A stretch of DNA of 64,000 bases from contig NC_090399.1 in NCBI RefSeq assembly GCF_036365525.1, forward strand, positions 42,502,430-42,566,429, in the 5' to 3' direction. Below the pieces are notes generated by a model. It was not told the origin of the DNA and made no database searches. It was given only the letters and a program-made list of their open reading frames with translations. Within the stretch, counting starts at the first letter, position 1, and the number at the start of each line of letters is the position of its first letter. This DNA is from Heterodontus francisci. Lineage: Eukaryota. A program made the translations under genes and the position numbers. Shown here piece by piece: positions 14,446-27,870 of this stretch.

Positions 14446-17400
14446 AGAACATAAGAAATAGGAGCAGGAGTAGGCCATTCAGCCCCTCAAGCCTACCCTG
14501 CCAATCAATAAGATCATGGCTGATCGGCCCCAGACCTCAACTCCTCTTTCGTGCCAGCTCCTCTTAGCCCTCAACTCCCCAATATTTCAAAAATCTATCT
14601 ACCTCCTCTTTAAATACTTTCAGTGATCTAGCCTCCACAACTTTCTGGGCGAGAGAATTCCAGACATTCACTACCCTGAGAGAAGAAATTCCTTCGCATC
14701 TCAGTTTTAAATGAGTGTCCCCTTATTCTGTAACTATGTCCCCTAGTTTGAGATTCCCCCACTAGTGGAAACATCTTCTCAACATCTACCCTGTCAAGCC
14801 CCCTCAGTATCTCGTACCTTTCAATAAGATCACCCCTCATTCTTCCAAACTCTAATGAAAAAAGGCCTAACCTGTTTAGCCGTTCTTGATAAGTCAACCC
14901 CTTCATCCCAGGAATCAGTCTAGTGAATCTCTTTTGAACTGCCTCCAATGCCAGTATATCCTTTCTTAAATATGGGGACCAAAACTGTACGCAGTACTCC
15001 AGGTGCGACCTCACCAACACCCTGTACAGTTGTAACAAGATTTCCCTGTTTTTAAACTCTAACCCCCGAGCAATAAAGGCCAAAATTCCATTTGCCTTCT
15101 TAATTACTTGCTGCACCTGCATGCTAACTTTGTGTTTCATGCACAAGAACACCCAGATCCCTCTGTGCTGAACTTTATTGAAGTCTTTCTCCATTTAAAT
15201 AATAGTCTGCCTTTTGATCTCACACTTCCCCACATTAAACTCCATCTGTCAAGTTTTTGCCCATTCACTCAACCTATCTATATCCCCTTTCAGATTCCTT
15301 ATGTCCTCATCACAATGTGCCCTCCCACCTATTTTTGTATCAGCAGCAAATTTGGATACATTACACTCTGCTCCCTCCTCCATGTCATTAATATAAATAA
15401 ATAATTGAGTCCCCAAGCCTGATCCTTGTGGCACTCCACTAGTTATGTATTTCTAACCTGAAAAAGACCCATTAATCCCGAATCTGTCGTCTGTGAGTTA
15501 ACCAATCCTCAATCTATGCTGATACATTACCCACAATACCGTGAGCTCCTATCTTGTGCAATAATCTTTTATGTGGCACCTTATCAAATGCCTTCTGGAA
15601 ATCTAAATACACTCCATCTACTGGTTCCTGTTTATCAACTCTGCTTGTTATAACCTCAAAAGAATTCTCGCAAATTTGTCAAACATGATTTCCCTTTCAT
15701 AAAACCATGTTGACTCTGTTTGATTGCATTAAGCTTTTCTAAACATCCTGTTATTTCTTCCTTAATAATGGACTCCAGCATTTTCCCAATGACCGATGTT
15801 AAACTGACTGGCCTATAGTTTCTTGCTTTTTGTTTCCCTCCCTTCTTGAACAGGGGCATCACATTAGTGGTTTTCCAATCTGCTGGGACAATCCCGGAAT
15901 CCAGTGAGTTCCGGAATATTTCGACCAATGCCTCCATTATCTCTGCAGCCACTTCCTTTAAAACCCTTGGATGTCGGCCATCAGGTCCTAGTGACTTGTT
16001 TGCCTTTAGTCCCATTAGTTTGTCAAATACTTTGTCACTCGTGATAGAGACTGTTACAAGATCTTTCCTCCCATTAGCTCCTTGCTTATCTGATATCTGT
16101 GGGATGTTTATAGTGTCCTCCGCCGTGAAGACCGATGCAATATATTGGTTTAAATTATCTGCCATTTCCCTGTTCCCCGTTGTCAATTCTCCAGTCGCAT
16201 CCTCCAAGGGTCCCACGCTCACTTTAGCTACTCTCTTTTTTATATACCCATAGAAGCTCTTGCTGTTTGTTTTTATATTTCTTGCCAATTTACTTTCATA
16301 ATCAGTTGTCTCCTTCTTTATTAGCTTTTTAGTCATCCGCTGCTAGTTCCCAAAAAATTCCCAATCCTCTGGCCTACCATTAGTTTTTGCCGCTTTGTAT
16401 GCCTTAGTTTTTGATTGGATACTCTCCTTGACCGCCTTTGTTAACCACGGGTAGTTCTTCCTTCTCATCGAGTCCTGCTTTTTGACTGGGATAAATTTTT
16501 GCTGAGCATTATGAAATATCTGCTGAAATGTCTGCCACTGCTCATCCACTGACCTTCCCTTTGGACTATTTTCCCAGCCTGCTTGAGACAACTCTTTCTT
16601 CATACCTCCGTAATTGCCCTTGTTTAAGTTGAAGACACTGGTTTGTGACCCGAGTTGCTCGCCCTCAAACTGAATTTGAAATTCTACCATGTTGTGATTG
16701 CTACCCCCTCGAGGATCCTTAACTACCATATCTCTTATTAATCCTACCTCATTACACATTACTAGATCGAAAATAGCCTGTTCCCTGGTAGGTTCTGCAA
16801 TGGATTGTTCTAAGTAACAATCCCTGATGCACTCTACAAATTCGTCTTCCATGTTACCTCTGCCAATCAATATGCAGATTAAAATCACCCATGACAATTG
16901 TAGTGCCCTTCTTACATGCCTCCATTATTTCCTGATTTATATTTTGTCTGACAATGAGGCAACTCTTCGGGGGGCCTATAGACGACAGCCACCCGTGACC
17001 TCTTCCCCTTGCTATTCCTGATTTCAACCCAAACTGATTCCACATCACGATCTATTGCACCTATATCACTACTCACCACTGCACTGATACCTTACTTTAT
17101 TAACAAAGCTACCCCACCTCCTTTTCCTTTTTGCCTATTTTTCTGGAACACCCTTGAATATTGAGTTCCCAGTCTTTGTCACCCTGCAACCACGTCTCTG
17201 TAATAGCTATCAAATCATATTCATTTATTTCGATATGTGCCATCAACTCATCTATCTTGTTACAAATGCTGTGTGCATTCAGATAAAGAGCTTTAAGCTT
17301 TGACTTTTTACCATTATTACTCATTCTGGTTCTAATTTCTGCTAAACTCTTCTGCTTATATTTTCTGCCCCTTCCTGTCACACTTAGATTACCGTTCGCC

Positions 17401-17490
17401 TCTTCACTACCCTGGAACTCTGCTCTCTCGTTTCTTTCAGATTTTTTAAACTTCCCTTCAATTGAACCCTCCCCCCAACTAATTAGTTTA
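14446..17490 (-). mobile_element. CR1 LINE, near-complete ORF2 (APE endonuclease and RT) with frameshifts, inserted into the 63-bp minisatellite
   Basis: Motifs YLNAHSICNK..IAITETWL, VMGDFN, NYRPVSLTS..QHGFMKGKSCLTN, PQGS, KFAADTK, HLEYCVQFWSP. The 3' tail abuts CCCCATTA and the 5' end resumes with CTCACTGACC. Confidence 0.95.
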
Positions 17491-18562
17491 CTCACTGACC
17501 GAGGGTTAATGCCCCAGTACCCAGTCTGGCACTGTCCCTCTCACACCCCATTACTCACTGACCGAGGGTTAATGCCCCAGTACCCAGTTTGGCACTGTCT
17601 CTCTCACACGCCATTACTCACTGACTGAGGGTTAATGCCCCAATACCCAGTCTGGCACTGTCCCTCTCACAACCCATTACTCACTGACTGAGGGTTAATG
17701 CCCCAATACCCAGTCTGGCACTGCCCCTCTCACACCCCATTACTCACTGACCGAGGGTTAATGCCCCAGTACCCAGTCTGGCACTGTCCCTCTCACACCC
17801 CATTACTCACTGACCGAGGGTTAATGCCCCAATACCCAGTCTGGCACTGCCCCTCTCACACCCCATTACTCACTGACTGAGGGTTAATGCCCCAGTACCC
17901 AGTCTGGCACTGTCCCTCTCACACCCCATTACTCACTGACTGAGGGTTAATGCCCCAGTACCCAGTCTGGCACTGTCCCTCTCACACCCCATTACTCACT
18001 GACCGAGGGTTAATGCCCCAGTACCCAGTTTGGCACTGTCTCTCTCACAACCCATTACTCACTGACTGAGGGTTAATGCCCCAATACCCAGTCTGGCACT
18101 GTCCCTCTCACACCCCATTACTCACTGACCGAGGGTTAATGCCCCAATACCCAGTCTGGCACTGTCCCTCTCACACCCCATTACTCACTGACTGAGGGTT
18201 AATGCCCCAATACCCAGTCTGGCACTGTCCCTCTCACAACCCATTACTCACTGACTGAGGGTTAATGCCCCAATACCCAGTCTGGCACTGCCCCTCTCAC
18301 ACCCCATTACTCACTGACTGAGGGTTAATGCCCCAGTACCCAGTCTGGCACTGTCCCTCTCACACCCCATTACTCACTGACCGAGGGTTAATGCCCCAAT
18401 ACCCAGTCTGGCACTGCCCCTCTCACACCCCATTACTCACTGACTGAGGGTTAATGCCCCAGTACCCAGTCTGGCACTGTCCCTCTCACACCCCATTACT
18501 CACTGAGGGTTAATGCCCCAATACCCAGTTTGGCACTGTCCCTCTCACACTCCATTACTCAC
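17491..18562. repeat. 63-bp minisatellite, right half
   Basis: Same unit as 13522-14445. Confidence 0.97.
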
Positions 18563-18949
18563 CTGCAGAGACCCCTCCACACAGAAGGACCAGCACTATC
18601 AGTCCAATCATTGTTGCTTCCCTCGACAAGCTGAAAGGAGCAGTTTGTGGGAAATCCTTTTCCAAAAAACCTTTGCTTCTCAGTCTGTGAGCTGTGTCCT
18701 GTACTGATGATATTAAACTCTGTTCCAGTTTCCTCAGACTGATTGGTTTGACATAAGTTAATGTCCAATCAGAATTAAAACAAACTATGAATCATCAGGC
18801 TCCAGGCGGAATAGTTTCAGACAGTTTGATTCGGGGATCCCCAACAAACTTAACAAATATCGTGAACTATCCAAATCAGAGAAATACTGATAGTTACATC
18901 ACCAGTTGTCAGGGAGGATAAACGTTTGCTACAAAAAGTGAGAAGATTA

Positions 18950-21410
18950 TTACGAACAGGAGGTGGTCAGTCAGCTCTTCGGGCCTGTTACACTATTCAA
19001 ATAGATCATTGCTGATCCTGTATCTTAATTCCATTTTCCTGGCTCTGCTCCATATCCCTTGATACCGTTATCCAATAATATTCAATTAATCTTAGTCTGA
19101 AACGCTCCAATTGTCCCACCTTTCACAACTATTTTGAGGAGAGAGTTCCAAATGTTTATTACCCTTGTTGTGAAAATGTGCTTCCTGACTTCCTTCCTAA
19201 ACAGCATAGCTCGAATTTTAAGATGATAGATTCATAGAGTCATTCATGTCATAGGAGGAGGCCATTCGCCCCATTGAGTCCATGCCAGCTCTCCACGGAG
19301 CAATTCAGTCAATCCCACTTTTCCACTTGATCCCCGTTGTCCTGCAAATGTTTAGTTCAGTTTAGAGATACAGCACTGAAACAGGCCCTTCGGCCCACCG
19401 AGTCTGTGCCGACCATCAACCAACCATTTGTACTAATCCTACACTAATTCCATATTCCTACCACATCCTCACCTATCCCTATATTCGCCTACCACCTACC
19501 TATACTAGGGGCAATTTATAATGGCCAATTTACCTATCACCTGCAAGTCTTTTGGCTTGTGGGAGGAAACCGGAGCACCCGGAGAAAACCCACGCAGACA
19601 CAGGGAGAACTTGCAAACTCCACACAGGCAGTACCCGGAATTGAACCCGGGTCCCTGGAGCTGTGAGGCTGCAGTGCTAACCACTGCGCCACTGTGCCAC
19701 CCCAGGAAGGAAACGTATTTCCTTCAACTGCCCATCCATTTTCCACCACCCTCATGGGCAGTGAGTTCCAAGTCATTACCACTCAATGCGTAAAAAAAAT
19801 TCTTCCTCACATTCCCCCTGCATCATTTCCCCAAAGCTTTCAATCTGTGTCCCCCTAGTCCTTGTTCGATTAGTTAATGGAAACAAATTTTCCTTGTCTA
19901 CCTTATCAAAGCTTGTCATAATCTTATACACTTCTATTAAATCTCCCCTCAATCTCCTTTGTTTTAAGGAGAATAACCCCAGCTTTCTCAACCTAAACTG
20001 ATAACTAAAATCCTCCATCCCTGGAACAATTCTGGTAAATCTCCTCTGCACCGTCTCAAGGATTCTTACATCCTTCCCGAAGTGTGGTGACCAGAACTGG
20101 ATGCAATTCTCCAATTGGGGCGTCACCAGAGCTTTGTAAAGGTTCAGCATAACTTCCATGCTTGTGTACTCAATGCCTCTGTTTATGAAGCCCAAGATCC
20201 CATCTGCTTTGCGAACCACTCTCTCAATATGTCCTTCCAAGGTTGATGCACATGCACCCCCAGATCCCTCTCTTCCTTCACATTCTTTAGAACTGTGCCA
20301 TTAAGTATATATTGCCTCACCCTATCCCTGCAGCCAAAATATATCACCTAACACTTATCTGTATTAAATTCTATCTGCCACCTGTCTGCCCATTCTGCTA
20401 GCCTATGTCCTTTTGCAGGCAGTTTATATCATCCTCACTGTTTGCCACTCCTCTAAGTTTGGTATCAGTGGCAAATTTGGAAATTCTACTCTGTATTCCA
20501 AGATCCAAGTCATTTATCTATAGCAAAAAAAGCAGTGGTTCCAGCACTGACCCTTGGGGAACATCACTGTCTACCATCCTCCAGTCTGAAAAACAGCCAT
20601 TTACCACCACTCACTGTTCTCTGTACTTAAGCCAATTTTCTATCCCATTGGACTCCAACCCTCCTATTCCATGAGCCTCAATTTTGTTAACCACAATTTT
20701 TTGCGGTACCTTATCAAACATTTTCTTAAAATCCATATAAATAACATCCATCGCATTCCCTTCATCAACTTTCTCTGTTACTTGATCCAAAAATTCAATT
20801 TGATTAGTTAAGCATGATCTGCCTTTTACAAATCCATGCTGCTTCTCCTTAATTCACTCAAACCTCTCCAAGTGCCTGCTGATTTTTACCCTGATCATTG
20901 TTTCTAAAACCTTACCCACCACTGATGTTAAACTAACTGGCCTGTAGATGCTCAGACTGTCCTTACACCCTTTCTTGAATAAGGATGCCACATTTGACAC
21001 TCTCTAATCCTCTGGCACCTGCCCCATATCCAGGGAAGATTGGAAGATTATGGCAAGCCCTTCCACTAGCTCCACCCCCATTTTCTTTCGCAAACTGGGA
21101 TGCAACCAGTGATTTATCTACCCAAAGCATCACCAGCCTTTTTCGTAACCCTCCCTCTCTATTTTTACCCTATCTATTGCCCCTCCTCTGATATTTTGTC
21201 AGATTCTACTTCCTTAGTAGCCAACAATACAAAGTATTCATTAAGTATTCTAGCCTTGCCCTGTGCCATTAGGCCCTTAATAGGCCCCACTCCATCTCTT
21301 ACTACCCGCTTACTAGTTCCATGAAGATTTTTGGGTTCCCTTTTATGTTGACAGTCTTTCTATTCTCATATTCTCTCTTTGCCAGTCTTATTTTCCTCCT
21401 CACCACCCCT
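18950..21410 (-). mobile_element. Decayed CR1 LINE fragments, interrupted by a SINE
   Basis: ORF 19776..20240 (GFINRGIEY..CIQFWSPHF..LRGDLIEVYKIM); RT PQGS region near 20550; a separate 3' tail at 18950-19220. Confidence 0.85.
19352..19702 (-). mobile_element. tRNA-derived V-SINE (HE1-like)
   Basis: Reverse complement begins GGGTGGCACAGTGGCGCAGTGGTTAGCACTGCAGCC..GGGTTCAATTCC (A and B boxes). It carries the V-domain GTGTGGAGTTTGCAAGTTCTCCCTGTGTCTGCGTGGG and a CR1-derived tail. Confidence 0.9.
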
Positions 21411-21429
21411 CTCAATTAATTGCATTGGG

Positions 21430-21985
21430 CTTCTCTTTTATCCTCCCCTCCCATCTCACTGTGCTCTCACTTTCTGAGCTGCTCTTTTATCCTCCTCACC
21501 AGTCTCACTGTGCTCTCACTCTCCGAGCTGCTCTTTTATCCTCCTCACCAGTCTCACTGCGCTCTCACTCTCCGAGCTGCTTTTCTATCCTCCCCGCCAG
21601 TCTCACCGTGCTCTCACTCTCCAAACTGCTCTATTATCCGCCTCCCGCCGGTCTCACTGTGCTCTCGCTCACCGAGCTCCTCTTTTATCCTCCTCGCCGG
21701 TCTCACTGTGCTCTCACTCTCCAGGGCTGCTCTTTTATCCTCCCCGCCAGTCTCAGTGTGCTCTCACTCTCCAGGGCTGCTGTTTTATCCTCCCCGCCAG
21801 TCTCAGTGTGCTCTCACTCTCCAGGGCTGCTCTTTTATCCTCCCCGCCAGTCTCAGTGTGCTCTCACTCTCCAGGGCTGCTCTTTTATCCTCCCCGCCAG
21901 TCTCAGTGTGCTCTCACTCTCTGAGCTGCTCTTTTATCCTCCCCGCCAGTCTCACTCTCCGAGCTGCTCTTTTATCCTCCCCGCT
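21430..21985. repeat. 50-bp pyrimidine-rich minisatellite
   Basis: Unit GCTGCTCTTTTATCCTCCCCGCCAGTCTCAGTGTGCTCTCACTCTCCAGG; 50-bp period (21721/21771). Confidence 0.95.
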
Positions 21986-21999
21986 GATATTTTCCTTGC

Positions 22000-22780
22000 T
22001 CTCAATTTCTCCACCACAGGAAATAGTTGCCCTGTATTAACACTGTCAAATCCTTTTAACATTATAAATATCTCAATCAGATCATCCCTCAACCTTCTAT
22101 ACAAGGGGACTACAAGCCGAGTGTATGTAACCTCCCTTTATGCTCTGGTATCATTCTGGTCAATCTGCACTGCATCCCCTCCAAGAACAATATATCCTTG
22201 CTGAGGGGCGGTGCCCAGAACTGAACACAGTTCCTCTAGGTGGGGTCTGACCAAGGCTCCGTCCACCTGAATCATCACTTCCTCCACTTTGTATTCCAGC
22301 TCCCTCGAGATAAAGGCCAACATTTCATTAAACAGACTGGTGAAATGGGCAGATCCACAACAGATACAATTTAATGCAGAGAACTGTTTGAAGTGATGCA
22401 TTTTGGAAGGAAGAATGAGGAGAGGCAATATAAACTAAATGGCACAATTTTAGAGAGGATGCAAGGATGGAGAGAGCTGGTGTGTGTATGTACACAAATC
22501 ACTGAAGGTGACAGGACAAGGTGAGAAGTCTGTTAAAATGCATTTCAGATCCTTGGCTTTATAAGTAGAGACACAGAGTACAAAAACAAGGAAGTTATGA
22601 AGTTATGATAAACCTTTATAAATCACTGGTTCGACCCCAGCTGGAATATCGTGTTCAATCCTGGGCACCAGACTTTGGGAATGATGTCATGGTCTTGGAG
22701 AGGGTACAGAGGAGATTTACTGGAATGGGACCAGGGATGAGGGAGTTCAGTTAATATGAAGAGACTATTCAGTATCCATG
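22000..22780. mobile_element. Two back-to-back CR1 RT fragments (minus to ~22328, plus from ~22330)
   Basis: LAFISRELEYK..RPHLE on minus; RLVKWA..MHFGRKN..AFISRDTEYK on plus. Confidence 0.8.
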
Positions 22781-23344
22781 GATTATGGATGTTTTTTTCA
22801 GATGTGTGTGATTTATTTAATGTTATGTTGAATTGTGCAGTGCCCCGACTGAACCAATGTGGTTCCAACAACCAATGGGAGGGAATTATTTGGCTTTGAA
22901 ATTGGGTGACAGATTTAATTGGTCAATAACCTCTCATTGTAATTTCTATTAGATTGTTCACTTTTAGTCAGTCAGATATCTGAATAGTAACTGAGCAGCT
23001 GACTGGTTACTTGAGGCAATACTGAATACTACACTTTGGAGGGTTGAGGAGCTAAAGGGATACACATGGGGAAGGGGGGTAGGTGGAAAAAACAGACACC
23101 AGGGGTGGGGGGCTGGGGGAGAGGACACTCAATGGAGGGGAGGGGAGACACTCGGTGGGGTGTGGGGGTGGGGAGGTGGGAGAGACAACCGGAGAAGGGG
23201 GAAAAGTGACACAGAGCTGGGGGGGGGGGGAGAGACGCTTGGGGTGAGGGGAGGGGAGGGGACATGTTGAGAGGGCCCGACACCACAAGGTGCAACACAC
23301 TGAGGAGCTGTGATATTCTGAAGTGTAAGACTTTGATTTTGACT

Positions 23345-23758
23345 CTGGGGTGAGAGTCACTGGGGTGTGATGTTGGGGTGTGATGTTGGGGTGTGATGTT
23401 GGGGTGTAACTGCTGGGGTGAGTCTCGCTGGGGTGAGACTCGCTGGGGTGAGACTCGCTGGGGTGAGAGTCGCTGGGGTGAGAGTCGCCGGGGTGAGACA
23501 CGCTGCGGTGTGATGTTGGGGTGTGACTCGCTGGGGTGTGACTCGCTGGGGTGAGAGTCGCTGGGGTGAGAGTCGCTGGGGTGAGAGTCGCTGGGGTGAG
23601 ACACGCTGGGGTGTGATGTTGGGGTGTGACTCGCTGGGGTGAGTCTCGCTGGGGTGAGAGTCGCTGGGGTGAGTCTCGCTGGGGTGAGTCTCGCTGGGGT
23701 GAGAGTCGCTGGGGTGTGACTCGCTGGGGTGAGTCTCGCTGGGGTGTGACCCTCTGGG
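23345..23758. repeat. G-rich ~13-15 bp minisatellite (CGCTGGGGTGAGAGT and variants)
   Basis: Direct tandem repeats, preceded by a G-rich low-complexity tract at 23040-23280. Confidence 0.95.
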
Positions 23759-24513
23759 GCATGAGGGTGAATACAGAATCTGCTTTTGGGAGATGATTCT
23801 GGGCCTTGCTGGTACAGTTGTGGCTCTCACTCTGAGTGTCACTGACTTGCTCAATGTGGGGGTTTTATTAGAAGTGAAAGTGGAGGAAACAGTCTCTTCT
23901 CGGAAGAAGCTGGACTGCAGCCAGTGACCGGGCTCTGCACTGTGACTGGGAATGTGTAACAGAATCGTGCTGTCCTCACTGGCAGGATTCAGACCCTGAT
24001 ACTCAGCTAGCTGAAGCGATGTTTCTCTTTAAAACAACAGCAACTAAACACTTCAAATAATTCACAGGCTGCTTGGCCTTGGAAGAAGTCCTGGGGACAT
24101 GAACCATGCTGTATAGACGAGAATTTGATCAACAACTTTCCAAAAAGTTAGTTCAGGGACTTTCCAACAGTGATAAAGATAAGGTAGAGGGCAGCAAGCA
24201 AACAACTATATGGGTGGGCCCAGGGGGAGCAACCACGGAGTGGAACGGGATAGTGTACAGGGTCAAAGTGTACAGTCCGTAGTTTGACCACAGTATTTCA
24301 GGGCAGTGAAATCCCTGAAAGAACTTTCTTCACAGTCTCATTCCCAGCCTTTACCCCATTCAGCCATCACCCCATTTCCCCCACTCAGTAATAAACACTA
24401 ATTGTGGAAATAAACCACAAACCTGGTAAAATACTGTACACACAGAAATATACCGTACATCCAATAATAAACACAACACCCAAAAGTATACAGTGCACTC
24501 AGTAATAAACCAT

Positions 24514-25063
24514 CTTCTCCTTCTTCTTCTTCTTTGGCCTCCTTGTGTTGGGAGACAATGGGTAAGCGCCTGGAGGTGGTCAGTGGTTTGTGGAGCAGCG
24601 CCTGGAGTGGCTATAAAGGCCAATTCTAGAGTGACAGACTCTTCCACAGGTGCTGCAGATAAAATTGGTTGACGGGGCTGTTACACAGTTGGTTCTCTCC
24701 TTGCGCTTCTGTCTTTTTTCCTGCCAACTGCTAAGTCTCTTCGACTCGTCACACTTTAGCCCCGCCTTTATGGCTGCCCGCCAGCTCTGGCGATCTCAAA
24801 CAACTGACTCCCACGACTTGTGATCAATGTCACAGGACTTCATGTCGCGTTTGCAGATGTCTTTAAAGCGGAGACATGGACGGCCGGTGGGTCTGATACC
24901 AGTGGCGAGCTCGCTGTACGATGTGTCCTTGGGTATTCTGCCATCTTCCATGCGGCTCACATGGCCAAGCCATCTCAAGCGCCGCTGACTCAGTAGTGTG
25001 TATACGCTGGGGATGTTGGCCGTCTCGAGGACTTCTGTGTTGGAGATACGGTCCTGCCACCTG
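24514..25063 (-). mobile_element. 5'-truncated young RTE LINE with a 9-bp TSD
   Basis: Highly similar to the 3' end of the intact RTE at 30847-31390. (GAA)n tail. ATAAACCAT at 24505-24513 and 25064-25072. Confidence 0.92.
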
Positions 25064-25239
25064 ATAAACCATACATGCAATTATAAATTATAGACCCAGT
25101 GATTAAACCGCACACCCAGTGACAAACTGCACCCTCTCCGTAATAAACCATGCAAGTAATAAACCAGACCCTCCGTAATAAACCTACAGAAGTAATAAAC
25201 CAGACCCTCCATAATAAACCACACAATTAATAAACCATG

Positions 25240-27870
25240 ATGATGGTATCTGTCCGTCTCTGGAGACAATGGACTTTGTCCAGGGTGTGTGTCATTTCTG
25301 AATTGAACAGCATCTGTTGTGGCTGTAGAGGCTGACTCGTGAGTGGCATTCCCTTACACAGCTGGCACAGATGAACAACATTGGCCCAAGGTTTGTTTCT
25401 GTTTTTTTTCCTTCTGCCGGCCTCTCTTTTCTGCCATCATTTATTTTGTCTTCTGCTTTTTCCACACTCTTCCTGACTGCCTTTCTCCAGACACTCCAGT
25501 CAGTGTAGTATAATGGCCTGAAAGGGTTAATGTTTGAGACAGTGAGAGTAAACCACTCCCATGCCAGTGATGAGGATGTAATGGTCACATGGGTATTAGG
25601 CTGGGAAGATGCTAGAAGCAGCACGAGGTGTGTTGGCTAGACAGGCTTGTGGAGAGTGTAAATAGTTATACGTTTATAATAAACAAGTTATTCATTAACC
25701 CTGCAAAGACTCTGAAACTTCTGTTAACAACATTCAATCCAGGCTACAACAATACCCAAGAGTCAGCAGCAAGGACTTCCCACACATCGACTCTGATCCC
25801 CGTCAATTTGAGGTCTAGCTTTCAGACATCCTTGTATTGCAGACATGGATGAACTGTTGGTCTCGGCTGATAGCACGCTCGCTGTAGAGCATGTCTTTGT
25901 GTATGCAGCCATCAACCATCACTCATTCAGCTCACATGACCCAGCCAACGGATTTGCCGCTGACACAAGAGGACAAACATGCTGGGGATCCCTATACACC
26001 GGTATACTTCTGTATTCGACACACTGTCCTGCCAGGAGATGCCCAATATCTGTCTGAGGCAGCAGAGCTGGAAGCTGTTCAGCCACTTTTCTTGGCTTGC
26101 ATAAGTTGTCCTTGTTTCGTTACTATAAAGGAGGGTGCTGAGAACACAAGCCTGGTACACGCAGAGCTTTGTATTGTCGGTTAGTTTGCTGTCGGTCCAC
26201 ACTCACCTTCTCAACTTTAACATGACAGCTGCGGCCTTGGCAATGCTGATGCTGATTTCGGCATCAAAGGGGCAGGTTGCTGGTGATTGTTGATCCAAGG
26301 TATGTGAAGCTGTCAATGACCTCCAGAGTGAGGTTGTCCATGTTGATGGAAGATGGAGTCTCCATGTCCTGGCACATAACTTTTGTCTTCCTGACACTGA
26401 TCGTCAGTCTAAACTCCTTGCAGGCCCGGGAGAACCGATCTACAAGTTTCTGTAAGTGAATGTCATTATGGGATGTCAGCGCAGTGTCATCAGCAAACAG
26501 CAATACACAGACTAGGACTTCATGCACTTTGATCTTGGTGCGCAGTCTTGCCAAGTTGACCAGCTTACCATCAGCTCTGGCATGGAGGTAGATGCCCTCA
26601 TTTGAGTCGCCAAAAGCGTACAATAGCAGCAAGGAGAAGAATATGCCAAAGAGAGTTGGCGCCAGGATACAGCCCTGCTTTACCCCACTGCTGACTGTGA
26701 AAGTGTCTGATGTTGCTCCATTGTAACTGATGGAATTGTGCATGTTCTCATAGAAAGAAGAAGTAACACCCAGGAGTCCAGGAGCACAGCCTATTTTCCA
26801 CAGCAGTTTGAAGAGTGCGTCTCTGCTGACAAGATGGAAGGTCTTGGTGAGGTCTATGAAGGAAATGTCGAGTGGTCTGTGCTGTTCATGGCACTTCTCC
26901 TGTAATTGCCGAAGTGAGAAAATCATGTTGACTGTTGACCTGCCAACTCTGAAGCTGCACTGAGACTCAGGATAGATGTGTAATGCCGGGGTCTGCAATC
27001 TGGTCAGAGTAACTGGTCACAGTAATTGTTGCAGTCACCGTGATCCCCGTTAGTTTTGTACAAGGTGACAATGTATGCATGATGCATATCTTGAGGCACA
27101 GATCTTTCCTTCCAACAGAGACACAAGAGTTCATGGAGATGTTACAGAAGCGCGGGTTTTCCGATCTCTTTTCTTCCATGCAATGAGTGCAGAGTTATAG
27201 ATGGTGACATGCAGATGATCCCATTTTGACACCGCACTCTGGATTTGGGCATTGTTATCTGAAAGAGTCTGATCGAGGATGTTGAGGAACTCTTGGGTCC
27301 TGTTTGGGTCAGTGGTACAGCAAGTGTTGATCCGAGGACGACCTTTTTTCTTGAATTGGTATCATTTCCTTGGCTGAAACCTGACCTTGCTACACATCAG
27401 AGAGTGGTCAGTGTCACAGTCAGCACTGTGATAGCTGTGAGTGATGAGGACACTATTGAGGGTGGTACGTCTGGTGATAAGGTCTAGCTGGTGCCAGTGG
27501 CCTGATCTCGGATGTCTCCAGGACACCTTGTGACACGGCTTGACCTGGAAGGAGCTGCTCATCACACACAGTCCATGGTGACAGCATAACTCCAGCAACC
27601 TCTGTCCATGTTCGTTCATCTTGCTAATCCCCTGGTACCTCTGCACATTGGCCAAGCTGTGTAGTTGGTACCCACCCTTGTGTTGAAGTTCTCTAGAAAT
27701 ACAGGTGCTGGGAATTCTGCTGATGGCAGCATCAATTATCTCACAGATCTGATACTTGCCATCGTGAGTGGAGGTGAGTGTCAGGAAATTGATGTACATG
27801 TGGTTAACTGGGCTCACGCTTGTTGACAACTGAAGAGTAAGAAGTCTCTCTCAGCCTTCTGTGGGCTCAA
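25240..27870 (-). mobile_element. Older, degenerate RTE LINE
   Basis: Peptides MNEHGQRLLELC..SWRHPRSGHWHQLD, FIDLTKTF, GVKQGCILAPTLF, LLFADD, FTYLGS and CASCVRECHSRVSLYSH, with frameshifts. Confidence 0.9.
25504..25760. mobile_element. Short LTR-like insertion within the old RTE
   Basis: Starts TGTAG, has CTACA near the end and AATAAA at ~25678. Flanked by duplicated AGTCAG (25498-25503, 25761-25766). The RTE frame rejoins across it (VWEVLAAD|WSVWRK). Confidence 0.55.

Noticed and set aside
22000-22780. Twin-priming inversion in CR1
   Set aside because: The two arms overlap extensively in LINE coordinates and are diverged, so they are more likely separate insertions.
21420-23854. Long ORFs of 165-259 aa
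   Set aside because: They are translations of the 50-bp and 15-bp minisatellites and low-complexity DNA.
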